From the NCBI GenBank assembly GCA_041686375.1, contig JAWLEB010000009.1, positions 12,424 to 76,423 of the forward strand: a DNA stretch of 64,000 bases, written 5' to 3'. The stretch comes from Bacteroidales bacterium (GTDB taxonomy: Bacteria; Bacteroidota; Bacteroidia; Bacteroidales; UBA12077). The position numbers were made by a program, and so were the translations under genes. Shown in pieces: positions 9,796 through 19,098 of this stretch. Below the pieces are notes generated by a model that worked only from the letters and a program-made list of their open reading frames with translations, searched no databases and was not told the origin of the DNA. Numbering within the stretch: position 1 is the first letter of the stretch; every line of letters begins with the position of its first letter.

Positions 9796-11787
9796 ATGAG
9801 AATATATTTCTTGTTTTTTGTAATAATTTTAATAGGAGCTTTCCCTGTATACAGTCAACGTGATTATACAACTTCATCGAAGAAGGCTATTGAAAATTTT
9901 GAGAAAGGTTATAAGCAATATAATTTACGGGAATATGATGCTGCACTAGAGTTTCTGGATAAAGCCATCAAAAAAGATGATGAGTTTGTTGAAGCTTATA
10001 TTATAAAAGGACAGGTCTTTGAGGCTCTTGAGAAACCTGGAAAAGCTCTGGAGAATTATCATATTGCTACTGGGCTGAATCCCGATTTTCATCCCTCGTT
10101 GTTTTATAGTATGGGTCTGCTTTATCAAAACCTTGGAGAATATGAAAAAGCGAAATCAAAACTTGAGGAATTTTTGGAATTTAGGGATACAGGGCCTATT
10201 TATAAAGAAAAAGCAAAGTTAAGGATTGAATCTTGTAATTTTGCTATTGAACAATTGAATAATCCGGTGGATTTTGAACCAGAGAATCTGGGATCTTCAA
10301 TCAACAGTGAACATGATGATTATTGGCCGTCCATATCAGCAGATGGTAAAACACTTGTTTTTACCAGGCTTATTCCTATGGAAAACGATGAAAACAGGGA
10401 AAGAGAGATGTCGCAAATCCCCGAGGAGAGGAGAAAGTTTATAGAGGCTATGAATCCTAAGGCACAAGAAGACTTTTTTGTTAGTTATAAAACAGATACA
10501 GGATGGTCTAGAGCCCGCAATATTGGGTCTCCTTTGAACACGGATAAGAATGAGGGTGCCCAGAGTTTGTCAGCAGATGGCAGGACAATGTATTTTAGCG
10601 CCTGCAACCGGAATGACGGAAAAGGGAGCTGTGATATTTATGTTTCCTATAAGCAAGATGGTGAATGGAGTAAACCTGAGAATTTAGGTTCTCCCGTAAA
10701 TACTAAAGCATGGGAGTCTCAACCATCCATTTCGCCTGATGGCAAGACATTGTATTTTACAAGTAACCGGTCAGGAGGGGAAGGGAAAAAAGATATATGG
10801 AAGAGTAATCTTAAAGATGATAGTACCTGGACTAAACCAGAAACCCTTGGTGATAGTATTAATACTCGCGAGGACGATATGGCTCCCTATATTCACAGTG
10901 ACAACCAAACCCTTTATTTTTCTTCTGCCGGATGGCCAGGGATGGGAAGACTCGATCTTTTTAAGTCACAAAAAATTGATGATACAGGGTGGTCTGAACC
11001 ACAAAATCTTGGTTATCCTATTAATACACACAAAGATGAAGTCGGGTTTATTGTGAACTCCCTTGGAACTACTGCCTATTATTCAAGTAGCAGAGATGAG
11101 AATTATGGAGAAGATATATTGAAGTTTAATCTTCCTGAAGAAGTCAGACCCATAGCCAGCTCTTATATGCAAGGGAAGGTTTACGATGATAACAATGGCG
11201 AACCATTGAAAGCACGTTTTGAGTTGATATCGAAGGATGAAGAACGACTTATCATGGAATCGCATTCCGATAACAAGGATGGGAAGTTCCTGGTTTCAAT
11301 ACCTACGAATAACGACTATGTGTTGAATGTTTCAAAAGACGGTTACCTGTTTTATTCGGATAATTTTGAAATGAAAGGAGAACACGAGATTACGGAACCA
11401 TTTTCAAAAGATATCCCTTTGAAGCCTATTAAAGAAGGAGAGAAGATGGTGTTACGCAATGTGTTTTATGAACTTGATTCTTATCACCTTAAAGATGAAT
11501 CGAGGGTAGAATTGAACAAGCTATTTGATCTTCTTAAAAACAATCCGGAGATGAACATTGAAATTTCAGGACATACAGATAGTTTGGGAACAAATGAATA
11601 TAATATTGAACTATCAGAGAACAGAGCTAATTCTGTGTATGAGTATTTAATTGAAAAGGGAATAGAAGAAGAAAGACTTAATTATAAGGGATATGGAGAA
11701 ACCCAGCCAGTTGCTCCTAATGAAACTTCCGAAGGAAGAGCCTTGAACAGGAGAACAGAAGTAAAGATAATCAATAAGCGAAAGTAA
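9796..11787 (+). CDS. TPR / PD40 / OmpA-domain outer membrane protein (paralogue of 1377..3347)
   Basis: Same architecture as 1377..3347: signal peptide, TPR, repeated DGKTLYF.S.R.GG.G..DIW motifs, and C-terminal OmpA (ISGHTDSLG...NRRTEVKI). Confidence 0.8.
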   Translation: MRIYFLFFVIILIGAFPVYSQRDYTTSSKKAIENFEKGYKQYNLREYDAALEFLDKAIKKDDEFVEAYIIKGQVFEALEKPGKALENYHIATGLNPDFHPSLFYSMGLLYQNLGEYEKAKSKLEEFLEFRDTGPIYKEKAKLRIESCNFAIEQLNNPVDFEPENLGSSINSEHDDYWPSISADGKTLVFTRLIPMENDENREREMSQIPEERRKFIEAMNPKAQEDFFVSYKTDTGWSRARNIGSPLNTDKNEGAQSLSADGRTMYFSACNRNDGKGSCDIYVSYKQDGEWSKPENLGSPVNTKAWESQPSISPDGKTLYFTSNRSGGEGKKDIWKSNLKDDSTWTKPETLGDSINTREDDMAPYIHSDNQTLYFSSAGWPGMGRLDLFKSQKIDDTGWSEPQNLGYPINTHKDEVGFIVNSLGTTAYYSSSRDENYGEDILKFNLPEEVRPIASSYMQGKVYDDNNGEPLKARFELISKDEERLIMESHSDNKDGKFLVSIPTNNDYVLNVSKDGYLFYSDNFEMKGEHEITEPFSKDIPLKPIKEGEKMVLRNVFYELDSYHLKDESRVELNKLFDLLKNNPEMNIEISGHTDSLGTNEYNIELSENRANSVYEYLIEKGIEEERLNYKGYGETQPVAPNETSEGRALNRRTEVKIINKRK

Positions 11788-11843
11788 TGCAATTTCGATT
11801 CTGGTTGACTTAAAATGATCTATTGGTAAGCTTATAAGGAGGC

Positions 11844-13286
11844 TTAGTTACTATTTTCCTTTGCGGAAGAATTTTCATTTTCCTGAATAAGCAACTTAAT
11901 CCTGTCAATCTGCTTCTGTTTGTGTACTTCTCTCAAATTCATGGCAGTTTCGGTAAAATATTGATGATTTGAAATGAAGTGTAATTGAAGTTTGTTCCAT
12001 TTATTCCAGTCGTCAATTTTATTTTGTGCTTTCAATTCTTTATACAGTGTATTAGAAACCGGGATAAAATCGCTTCTGCCTAAATAATCAAGGTCTGCAT
12101 CACACATGATTTTTTCCAGTAAGTTTTGGGGGTCCGGTGGAATTTTGGTTGCCATTATTAAATCTTCTATTTTCTCTATCTCTTTTTGTTTATAGCCAAA
12201 TTTGGGAAGATACTCGTTGGCAAGTTGACAACCATAATATTCATGATTGTTATAACCTATAATATGTCCTGCATCATGGAAGAGAGCAGCCGTTCTAAGT
12301 AGCAAAATAGCCTCATCGTCAACTCCTTCTCCGTATCCTATCAGTTCAGCCTGGTTGATTACATCAATGGTGTGTTTTACATTATGGTAATATAGATATT
12401 CAGGGAGTTCTTTTTCAAGTCTGTCGAGTATAATTTCCTGAAGATCTGTAAATTGTCTCAGGAGATACTTGGTGTGAAATAGGTTGTTTGTTTTTTTTCC
12501 AATTTTTCTATTGTCAGAATAAGCAGGTTTAATGCGTTTCAACCGTAATATTTCCATATCTCCTTTGTATTTTACAGGGATTTTGCCATTATATTCACAA
12601 CTGAAATATTGCTTAATCAGTTCGTAAGTCATTATAGATATATTTACCTCTTCAAATGCACTTGCAGAGGCTATGCGGGTGGCAATATGTACTGTGTCTC
12701 CCTTCAGATCGTATGATAATTTTTTTCTGCCATGAAAATTGGCTGTAACAGGGCCGGTATGGATGCCAATACGGAAATCCCAGAATTCTTTCTGTTTCTT
12801 TTCATACTCTTTTTTTAGGTTGTTCATGTATTTTTGCATTTCTATGGCCGCCAGAACAACATCAACCGGGTTGGTTATGTTTTTTTCCGGAACTCCCCCG
12901 GCGCACATAAAGGCATCTCCAATGGTTTTTATTTTTTCTATTTTATATTTTTTTACAATACTATTAAACTCCAGTATAATATTATCCAGCTCGTCCATTA
13001 TATCAGAAGAAGATTTCTCCCTTGCAATTTTTCTTATGCCTTCAACATCAGCATACAGAACGGTTACCATGTCAAAACGGAGAGCCCTTGTCTGGCTGGG
13101 GTATTTTACTCCTTCAGGCAGGTGTTCATAAGGGATTTTGGCGATTATATTCTCTAAACGTTCTTTTTCTTTTAATAATTTATTCTTTTCAGTATTAACT
13201 TCCTTGAGTTGGTTCGTTAATGATTTATTTTCTTTTATAAGCTCTGATATTCTGTATAATAACTGTTCTTCTTTATGCTTATCCAT
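11844..13286 (-). CDS. coiled-coil / class III nucleotidyl cyclase / HD-domain fusion protein
   Basis: Cyclase motifs VTVLYADVEG, KTIGDAFMCAGG, GIHTGPV and GDTVHIATR. C-terminal HD domain (YHNVKHT...LFHDAGH...CDADLDYLG). Confidence 0.7.
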   Translation of the reverse strand: MDKHKEEQLLYRISELIKENKSLTNQLKEVNTEKNKLLKEKERLENIIAKIPYEHLPEGVKYPSQTRALRFDMVTVLYADVEGIRKIAREKSSSDIMDELDNIILEFNSIVKKYKIEKIKTIGDAFMCAGGVPEKNITNPVDVVLAAIEMQKYMNNLKKEYEKKQKEFWDFRIGIHTGPVTANFHGRKKLSYDLKGDTVHIATRIASASAFEEVNISIMTYELIKQYFSCEYNGKIPVKYKGDMEILRLKRIKPAYSDNRKIGKKTNNLFHTKYLLRQFTDLQEIILDRLEKELPEYLYYHNVKHTIDVINQAELIGYGEGVDDEAILLLRTAALFHDAGHIIGYNNHEYYGCQLANEYLPKFGYKQKEIEKIEDLIMATKIPPDPQNLLEKIMCDADLDYLGRSDFIPVSNTLYKELKAQNKIDDWNKWNKLQLHFISNHQYFTETAMNLREVHKQKQIDRIKLLIQENENSSAKENSN

Positions 13287-13482
13287 TATTTCCCTTATAT
13301 TACTTTACACTCAACCTAACGTAATAATTAAAAATTGGTTTTAAAAAATCTAAAAAAAATTACATCAGTTAGGAGAATCTTGTATATTTGTTAACTGATT
13401 GACGAACATTACCTTTGATTTTGTTAATTGATAAGTATGTTTTATTATTCCATGTTAATATTAAAAATTTAAATTTATTGCT

Positions 13483-15144
13483 ATGTGTAAAAAAATATTT
13501 AAACTTTTCAGTTTATTATTGGTTTTGGTTGCAATGATCTACGGGTGTAAAGAAAGCCCGGAAAAAAAAGATGATATGGCAGCGATTCCAATGAGTGAGA
13601 TTCAAAAGAAAGCCAATGAATTTGTAGAGGTTAAATTAAAATCAGACATCTCTCATCTTAATGAAGATCAAAAAAAGATGTTATCTCATCTTTTTGAAGC
13701 TTCCGAAATTATGGATGACATATTCTGGAAGCAGGCTTTTGGTAAAAAAGATGAACTTTTGAATGCGATTGAAGACGAAGATTTAAAGGCTTTTGTGAAA
13801 ATTAATTACGGGCCATGGGAAAGGCTAAATAACAATGAACCCTTCATTCAGGAATACGAAGAGAAACCGGATGGAGCCAACTTTTATCCGGAGGATATGA
13901 CTAAGGAAGAATTTGAAAATTTTGATGCCGAAGATAAAGAAAGCTTGTACACACTTATTAGGAGAGATGATAATGGAGAATTAATAAGCATACCATACAG
14001 CGAAGCATACAAAGATGAACACGAAAAGGCTGCTGAATTATTGAAGAAGGCTGCTGATTTAGCTGATAATGAACGTTTTGAGAAATATCTGGATTTACGT
14101 GCTGAAGCCCTTCTGACTGATGAGTATTTTGAATCAGATATGGCATGGATGGATGTTAAAAATAATGATGTTGATTTTGTTGTTGGGCCTATAGAAAATT
14201 ACGAAGATGGTTTGTTTGGATACAAAGCAGCTCATGAAGCTTTTATTTTAATTAAGGACCATGAATGGACAAAGAAGTTAGATAAGTATAGCAAACTTCT
14301 TCCTGAATTGCAGGAAAGTCTGCCGGTTGATGAAGAATATAAGAAAGAAACGCCAGGGATTGATTCAGACATGGGAGTTTATGAGGCAGTCTTTTATGCA
14401 GGTGACTGTAATGCAGGAAGCAAAACAATAGCAATTAATCTTCCTAACGATGAACGCGTACAGTCAGAAAAGGGTAGCCGTAAACTACAGCTTAAAAATT
14501 CGATGAAATATAAATTTGAGGAAATTCTTATGCCAATTAGTGATGTGTTGATTGATGAATCGCAAAGAAAATATATCAAATTTGACGCGTTTTTTGAAAA
14601 TACCATGTTTCACGAAGTTGCACATGGCCTTGGTATCAAAGAGACCATTACCGGCAAAGGTACGGTTAGAAATGCGCTCAAAGAATATTACAGTCCTGTG
14701 GAAGAAAGCAAGGCGGACATAATTGGCTTGTACCTCGTTAAGCAACTCTCTGAAATGGGGGAACTGGAAAATAAAGAATTGATGGATAATTATGTTACAT
14801 TCCTGGCAAGTATTTTCCGATCAATACGTTTCGGAGCTGCCAGCTCACATGGCAAAGCAAATATGATGCGTTTTAATTATTTCAGAGGTGCAGGCGCTTT
14901 TTCTCGTGATGATGAAACCGGAACTTATAAGGTTGATTTTGATAAAATGACTGAAGCAATGAATACGCTTGGCGAAGAGATTCTTACAATACAGGGCGAT
15001 GGAAGTTATGAAGAAGCAGAAAAGATGGTTAAAGAGCATGCCGTTATCAAGGAAACATTACAACAAGACCTTGATAGATTGACAGAGGAAGGAATACCAA
15101 GAGATATCAGATTTAAACAAGGGAAAGATATTCTCGGAATTTAA
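13483..15144 (+). CDS. lipoprotein, Zn-metallopeptidase related to the dipeptidyl-peptidase III / Nudix-hydrolase-3 C-terminal family
   Basis: Lipobox (..MIYGC). HEVAHGLG zinc motif followed by EESKADIIGLY, which parallels the HExxH...EExxAD arrangement. Confidence 0.55.
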   Translation: MCKKIFKLFSLLLVLVAMIYGCKESPEKKDDMAAIPMSEIQKKANEFVEVKLKSDISHLNEDQKKMLSHLFEASEIMDDIFWKQAFGKKDELLNAIEDEDLKAFVKINYGPWERLNNNEPFIQEYEEKPDGANFYPEDMTKEEFENFDAEDKESLYTLIRRDDNGELISIPYSEAYKDEHEKAAELLKKAADLADNERFEKYLDLRAEALLTDEYFESDMAWMDVKNNDVDFVVGPIENYEDGLFGYKAAHEAFILIKDHEWTKKLDKYSKLLPELQESLPVDEEYKKETPGIDSDMGVYEAVFYAGDCNAGSKTIAINLPNDERVQSEKGSRKLQLKNSMKYKFEEILMPISDVLIDESQRKYIKFDAFFENTMFHEVAHGLGIKETITGKGTVRNALKEYYSPVEESKADIIGLYLVKQLSEMGELENKELMDNYVTFLASIFRSIRFGAASSHGKANMMRFNYFRGAGAFSRDDETGTYKVDFDKMTEAMNTLGEEILTIQGDGSYEEAEKMVKEHAVIKETLQQDLDRLTEEGIPRDIRFKQGKDILGI

Positions 15145-15166
15145 AATTCATTTTCCAGATAATTAT

Positions 15167-15197
15167 AAAGCCTGCCGTCATGGTAGGCTTTATTTGT
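15167..15197 (+). terminator. rho-independent terminator
   Basis: AAAGCCT (15167-15173) pairs with AGGCTTT (15185-15191), then ATTTGT. Confidence 0.5.
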
Positions 15198-15409
15198 ATA
15201 TAGAAATGCGATATTAGAATTTAGAATATAAAAGAAAAAGTTAAATTTGTAATTGTTATAGCGAAACTTAATATTTAAAAATATGTACAATGTTTAAAAT
15301 AATGTGTTTTGAGGTGACCCCTGAAGCATGAATGTGAAGATTATCCATCTTTTGGGGATAACTGCGTTAGATTGTTCCTGTTAAATCATAAAAGCAAATC
15401 CCTTAAAAT

Positions 15410-17350
15410 ATGCCTTGCCCTTTGCAACAGTTTCGATTACATATAATCCCGAAGGTTTTTGCAATAATGATATTTTTTTTTATTTCAGCATCATATGTAT
15501 ATAGCCAGGATACTACTGTATCAGATTCTATAGAGGAACATGTCGTAGTTTCGGATTCTTTATCCAAATCCGATTCAGTTAAGTTTTTCATTGAACAGGA
15601 GGCTTTGTATGAGTCTGTTGGCTTTTATGATACTTTAAGAAACAGAGCTTCCAGAAATAAGTTTTGGCAGACTATCCATGACTTATTATTCATTCAATCT
15701 CAGCAGGAAACTTTTTTACAGGATAGTACAATCGATGAACTAGTCAATCCTTTTCATTTTTTTGCAGGGAAACAAATAGACAGCATAAAATTTCATCAAT
15801 TGAATGTATTTGGTGTTTCTGTGGGTGATACTTCATTAAGTGATGTATCGTGGTATAAAGAATTCGGCAATTGGGTTCATATTTCAACCCGGAAAAGAAT
15901 TCTCAGAGAGAATCTTTTATTTGAAGAAGGCGACCAGTTAGACCCATTACTTCTTGCGGACAGTGAGAGACTGCTTAGAAGGTTACAGTATCTGAAAGAT
16001 GCAAAAATAATAGTTGAAGCACAAAAGGATGATAATCAAAGTGTGAATGTCATTGTAGTAACTCAGGATGTATGGTCTAAAGGTTTTAATCTATCGCTAT
16101 CTGGTTTGGATGCCGGTGAAATTGCACTCTATGATAACAATATATTAGGCATTGGGCATAAATTTCAAACAGATCTCATATTCGACTATTTTAAATCTGG
16201 TAATCCGGGATTTCGTTCATTATATAAAATTGATAACCTTGCCGGTACCTTTATCAATAGCCGGTTGTACTATATGGATTCCTTTTATGAAAAACATTAT
16301 GGAGCAGAAGCATCCAGAGGCTTCTATTCATATAAGACGAACTGGGTAGGAGGTTTAAAAGCCTACAAACATAAAACCAGACAAAATATAAGGAAAACAG
16401 ATACTATACTTTTCGATACTCCATTAGATTATGTTGAACAAGATTTTTGGGTAGGTTATGGTTTTCCGGTATCTTCGGAAAGCAGGTTATTTCAAAATCG
16501 CAACAGAATTGTTATGTCTTTGCGTTATAAACGGAATAAGTTTTTTGAAGGGCCCGAGGTAAGGGAAAGATATAATTATAGTTTCCATGATCACCATATT
16601 TTTCTTGCGAATATAAGCTTTTCCAGACAGAATTTTTATACCAGTTCATTGATATACGGTTTTGGACGAATAGAGGATATTCCCGTGGGAGACCTATTTG
16701 GATACACCTTTGGCTGGGAAGTTGACGAATTTTTTAAACGATTCTATACAGGATTAAATTTTCGACATGGTGATTTTTTCCCAAATTTTGGTTACGTATC
16801 AAATAGTTTAGAGTTTGGTGGATATATATATGATGAAAATTTTGAGCAAGGCACATTTAATTTCAGATCGAAATATGTTAGTAAACTTTTCCATTTTAAG
16901 AGATTAAAAATCAGGCAATTTATTGATTTTAATTACAAGCGTGGGGTGGAACGATTTGATGATGAATACATTAGTTTTGATCCTTCTCTGGATATCCGTG
17001 GTTTTTCGAAACCTGATTTAACAGGAGAGAAAAAATTGGTGATGAAATTTGAAACAGTTGGTTTCACAGACCTTTTTTATTATGGTTTTCGTTTTGCTTT
17101 CTACGCATTTATGGATGTAGGGTTTATTAGTGCGGCTAACGATTTTATCTTTGACAATCCTGTACAAAACGGTTTTGGCATTGGTATGCGTGTGCGAAAT
17201 GAGAACCTTGTTTTTAATACTTTACAGGTGAGGTTGGGTTATTACCCTAATTTATCTGTCAATAACAATCTTTTATTTAGAATTTCCGGAGAAAAAACAT
17301 TCCGGCCCTATGAGTATACCCCATCTATGCCTGAGATGGTAGAATATTAA
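15410..17350 (+). CDS. Omp85/BamA-like outer membrane beta-barrel protein
   Basis: 646 aa, Phe/Tyr/Gly-rich alternating beta-strand pattern, POTRA-like N-terminal region. The likely start is internal (MIFFFISASYVYSQ, about 15467). Confidence 0.5.
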   Translation: MPCPLQQFRLHIIPKVFAIMIFFFISASYVYSQDTTVSDSIEEHVVVSDSLSKSDSVKFFIEQEALYESVGFYDTLRNRASRNKFWQTIHDLLFIQSQQETFLQDSTIDELVNPFHFFAGKQIDSIKFHQLNVFGVSVGDTSLSDVSWYKEFGNWVHISTRKRILRENLLFEEGDQLDPLLLADSERLLRRLQYLKDAKIIVEAQKDDNQSVNVIVVTQDVWSKGFNLSLSGLDAGEIALYDNNILGIGHKFQTDLIFDYFKSGNPGFRSLYKIDNLAGTFINSRLYYMDSFYEKHYGAEASRGFYSYKTNWVGGLKAYKHKTRQNIRKTDTILFDTPLDYVEQDFWVGYGFPVSSESRLFQNRNRIVMSLRYKRNKFFEGPEVRERYNYSFHDHHIFLANISFSRQNFYTSSLIYGFGRIEDIPVGDLFGYTFGWEVDEFFKRFYTGLNFRHGDFFPNFGYVSNSLEFGGYIYDENFEQGTFNFRSKYVSKLFHFKRLKIRQFIDFNYKRGVERFDDEYISFDPSLDIRGFSKPDLTGEKKLVMKFETVGFTDLFYYGFRFAFYAFMDVGFISAANDFIFDNPVQNGFGIGMRVRNENLVFNTLQVRLGYYPNLSVNNNLLFRISGEKTFRPYEYTPSMPEMVEY

Positions 17351-17445
17351 TAAAGTGCTTTATTTATACAAGCTGTGGTGAACATATTGTGTGGAACCAT
17401 TGTTTTTTTGTATCGCAATTATGTTAAACCAAAAAGTATGTTAGT

Positions 17446-17649
17446 ATGGGAGTTTTAATAGGTAAAAAAGCACCTCATTTTGAGGCAGAAGCAGTATTAA
17501 ATGGTAATCAAATTGTTGAAAATTTTTCGCTTGATCAATATCTTGGGGAAAAATATGTGATATTCTACTTCTATCCCGCTGATTGGCGCAAAGGAGATAA
17601 GGCCATAAAAGAAACTCAGGAAAGCATATCTGATTATCTGGCCAATTAG
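17446..17649 (+). pseudogene. 2-Cys peroxiredoxin remnant with an in-frame internal deletion
   Basis: The 67-aa product joins a Prx N-terminus (MGVLIGKKAPHFEAEAV...KYVIFYFYPAD) directly to a Prx C-terminus (WRKGDKAIKETQESISDYL). The core with FTFVCPTE and the resolving VCP is missing. Confidence 0.7.
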
Positions 17650-17741
17650 TCCTCATGGTCATTTTTTCTGGCTGGCTTGTTGTTAATATGTATGGAATGC
17701 CGGCTATGAAACCTAATATATATATGATTGATTTAATTCAG

Positions 17742-17773
17742 AAAGCATCTCATTAAGTTGGGATGCTTTTTTT
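17742..17773 (+). terminator. rho-independent terminator
   Basis: AAAGCATC (17742-17749) pairs with GATGCTTT (17762-17769), then TTTT. Confidence 0.65.
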
Positions 17774-17785
17774 ATTTTTGTATTT

Positions 17786-19093
17786 ATGCGTGAAACTTTC
17801 AACATAAGTATTGACAATCTAAATACTTTTAAAAGCCAACTTCTCGAATGGGGCAGGAGGCAGGATCTTTTTGTACTGCTTGACAGCCATCATTATCCCC
17901 GCAAGTCATCTGTAAGTAGTCATTATCAATATGATTTTCTGGCTGCCTGGGGTTGCGTGGATAGTGTAACGGCTGATGAAAACAACGGGTTTGAAGAGCT
18001 GGAAAAATTTGCCGAAAAGAAGAATGATTGGCTTTTTGGCTTTTTAACCTATGACCTTAAAAATGGGATAGAAAAATTACACTCAAATAATAGTGATGGT
18101 CTCAAATTTCCGTCCTTGCATTTCTTTCAGCCGGAATGTGTTGTAGTTGGGAAGAAGGATACCGTGAAAATGTATGTATTGCCTAATAAGCTGACTTCTG
18201 AATATTCCCGTAAAATAATTAATGAAATTCAAGACCTCTCTTTCCATGGTTTACCTGAATTATCAACCAGAGTAAAGATAAAAAGCAAATTTTCAAAAAA
18301 TGAATACCTGGATACGGTGAATAAACTGAAAAACCATATAAAACACGGAAACATATACGAAATTAGCTTCTGTCAGGAGTTTTATGACTTTGTAACCATA
18401 GATCCATTTTATACCTACATTCGTTTATCAGAGATTTCACCGGCGCCATTTTCATGTTTTTACAAATATGATGATAAGTTTATTCTTTCTTCAAGTCCCG
18501 AGCGTTTTATAAAGAAAACGGGAAGCAGAGTTATTTCACAGCCCATAAAAGGTACAGCGAAAAGGGGAAATACTGTGGCTGAAGATGCAATGCTTAAGGA
18601 CAAATTATACAATGATGAGAAAGAGAGGGCTGAAAATGTAATGATTGTTGATTTGGTACGAAATGATTTATCACGTGTTGCTCTTCAGGGGTCTGTTAAG
18701 GTAGATGAATTATATGGGATATATTCCTTTGAGCAGGTTCATCAGATGATTTCAACAATTTCATGTGAGATTGATGCAAAGGATTATTTAGAAGTTATTA
18801 AGCAATGTTTTCCTATGGGATCTATGACTGGTGCTCCAAAAGTAAGAGCAATGCAACTAATTGAAGAACATGAAAGGACAAAAAGAGGAGTGTTTTCTGG
18901 TTCTGTGGGATACATTACCCCGGAGAAAGATTTTGATTTTAATGTAATTATTCGTACTATTCTGTATAATTCTTCGGAAAATTATGTTTCTTATTCTGTA
19001 GGGGGCGCAATAACCTATTTATCTAAGACATTGGATGAATACGAGGAATGTATGATAAAATCAATTGCGATGAAACAAGTTCTTAATGGTTAG
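17786..19093 (+). CDS. pabB: aminodeoxychorismate synthase component I (chorismate-binding enzyme family)
   Basis: 435 aa. Chorismate-binding motifs SPERF, PIKGT, LVRNDL, PMGSMTGAPK. Confidence 0.7.
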   Translation: MRETFNISIDNLNTFKSQLLEWGRRQDLFVLLDSHHYPRKSSVSSHYQYDFLAAWGCVDSVTADENNGFEELEKFAEKKNDWLFGFLTYDLKNGIEKLHSNNSDGLKFPSLHFFQPECVVVGKKDTVKMYVLPNKLTSEYSRKIINEIQDLSFHGLPELSTRVKIKSKFSKNEYLDTVNKLKNHIKHGNIYEISFCQEFYDFVTIDPFYTYIRLSEISPAPFSCFYKYDDKFILSSSPERFIKKTGSRVISQPIKGTAKRGNTVAEDAMLKDKLYNDEKERAENVMIVDLVRNDLSRVALQGSVKVDELYGIYSFEQVHQMISTISCEIDAKDYLEVIKQCFPMGSMTGAPKVRAMQLIEEHERTKRGVFSGSVGYITPEKDFDFNVIIRTILYNSSENYVSYSVGGAITYLSKTLDEYEECMIKSIAMKQVLNG

Positions 19094-19098
19094 CGACT

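Noticed and set aside
13355-13402. An 8-bp inverted repeat (ATCAGTTA ... TAACTGAT) surrounding a TATATTTG box upstream of the DPP III-like peptidase gene.
   Set aside because: It is short and lies in very AT-rich DNA, so it could arise by chance. No cognate regulator is nearby.
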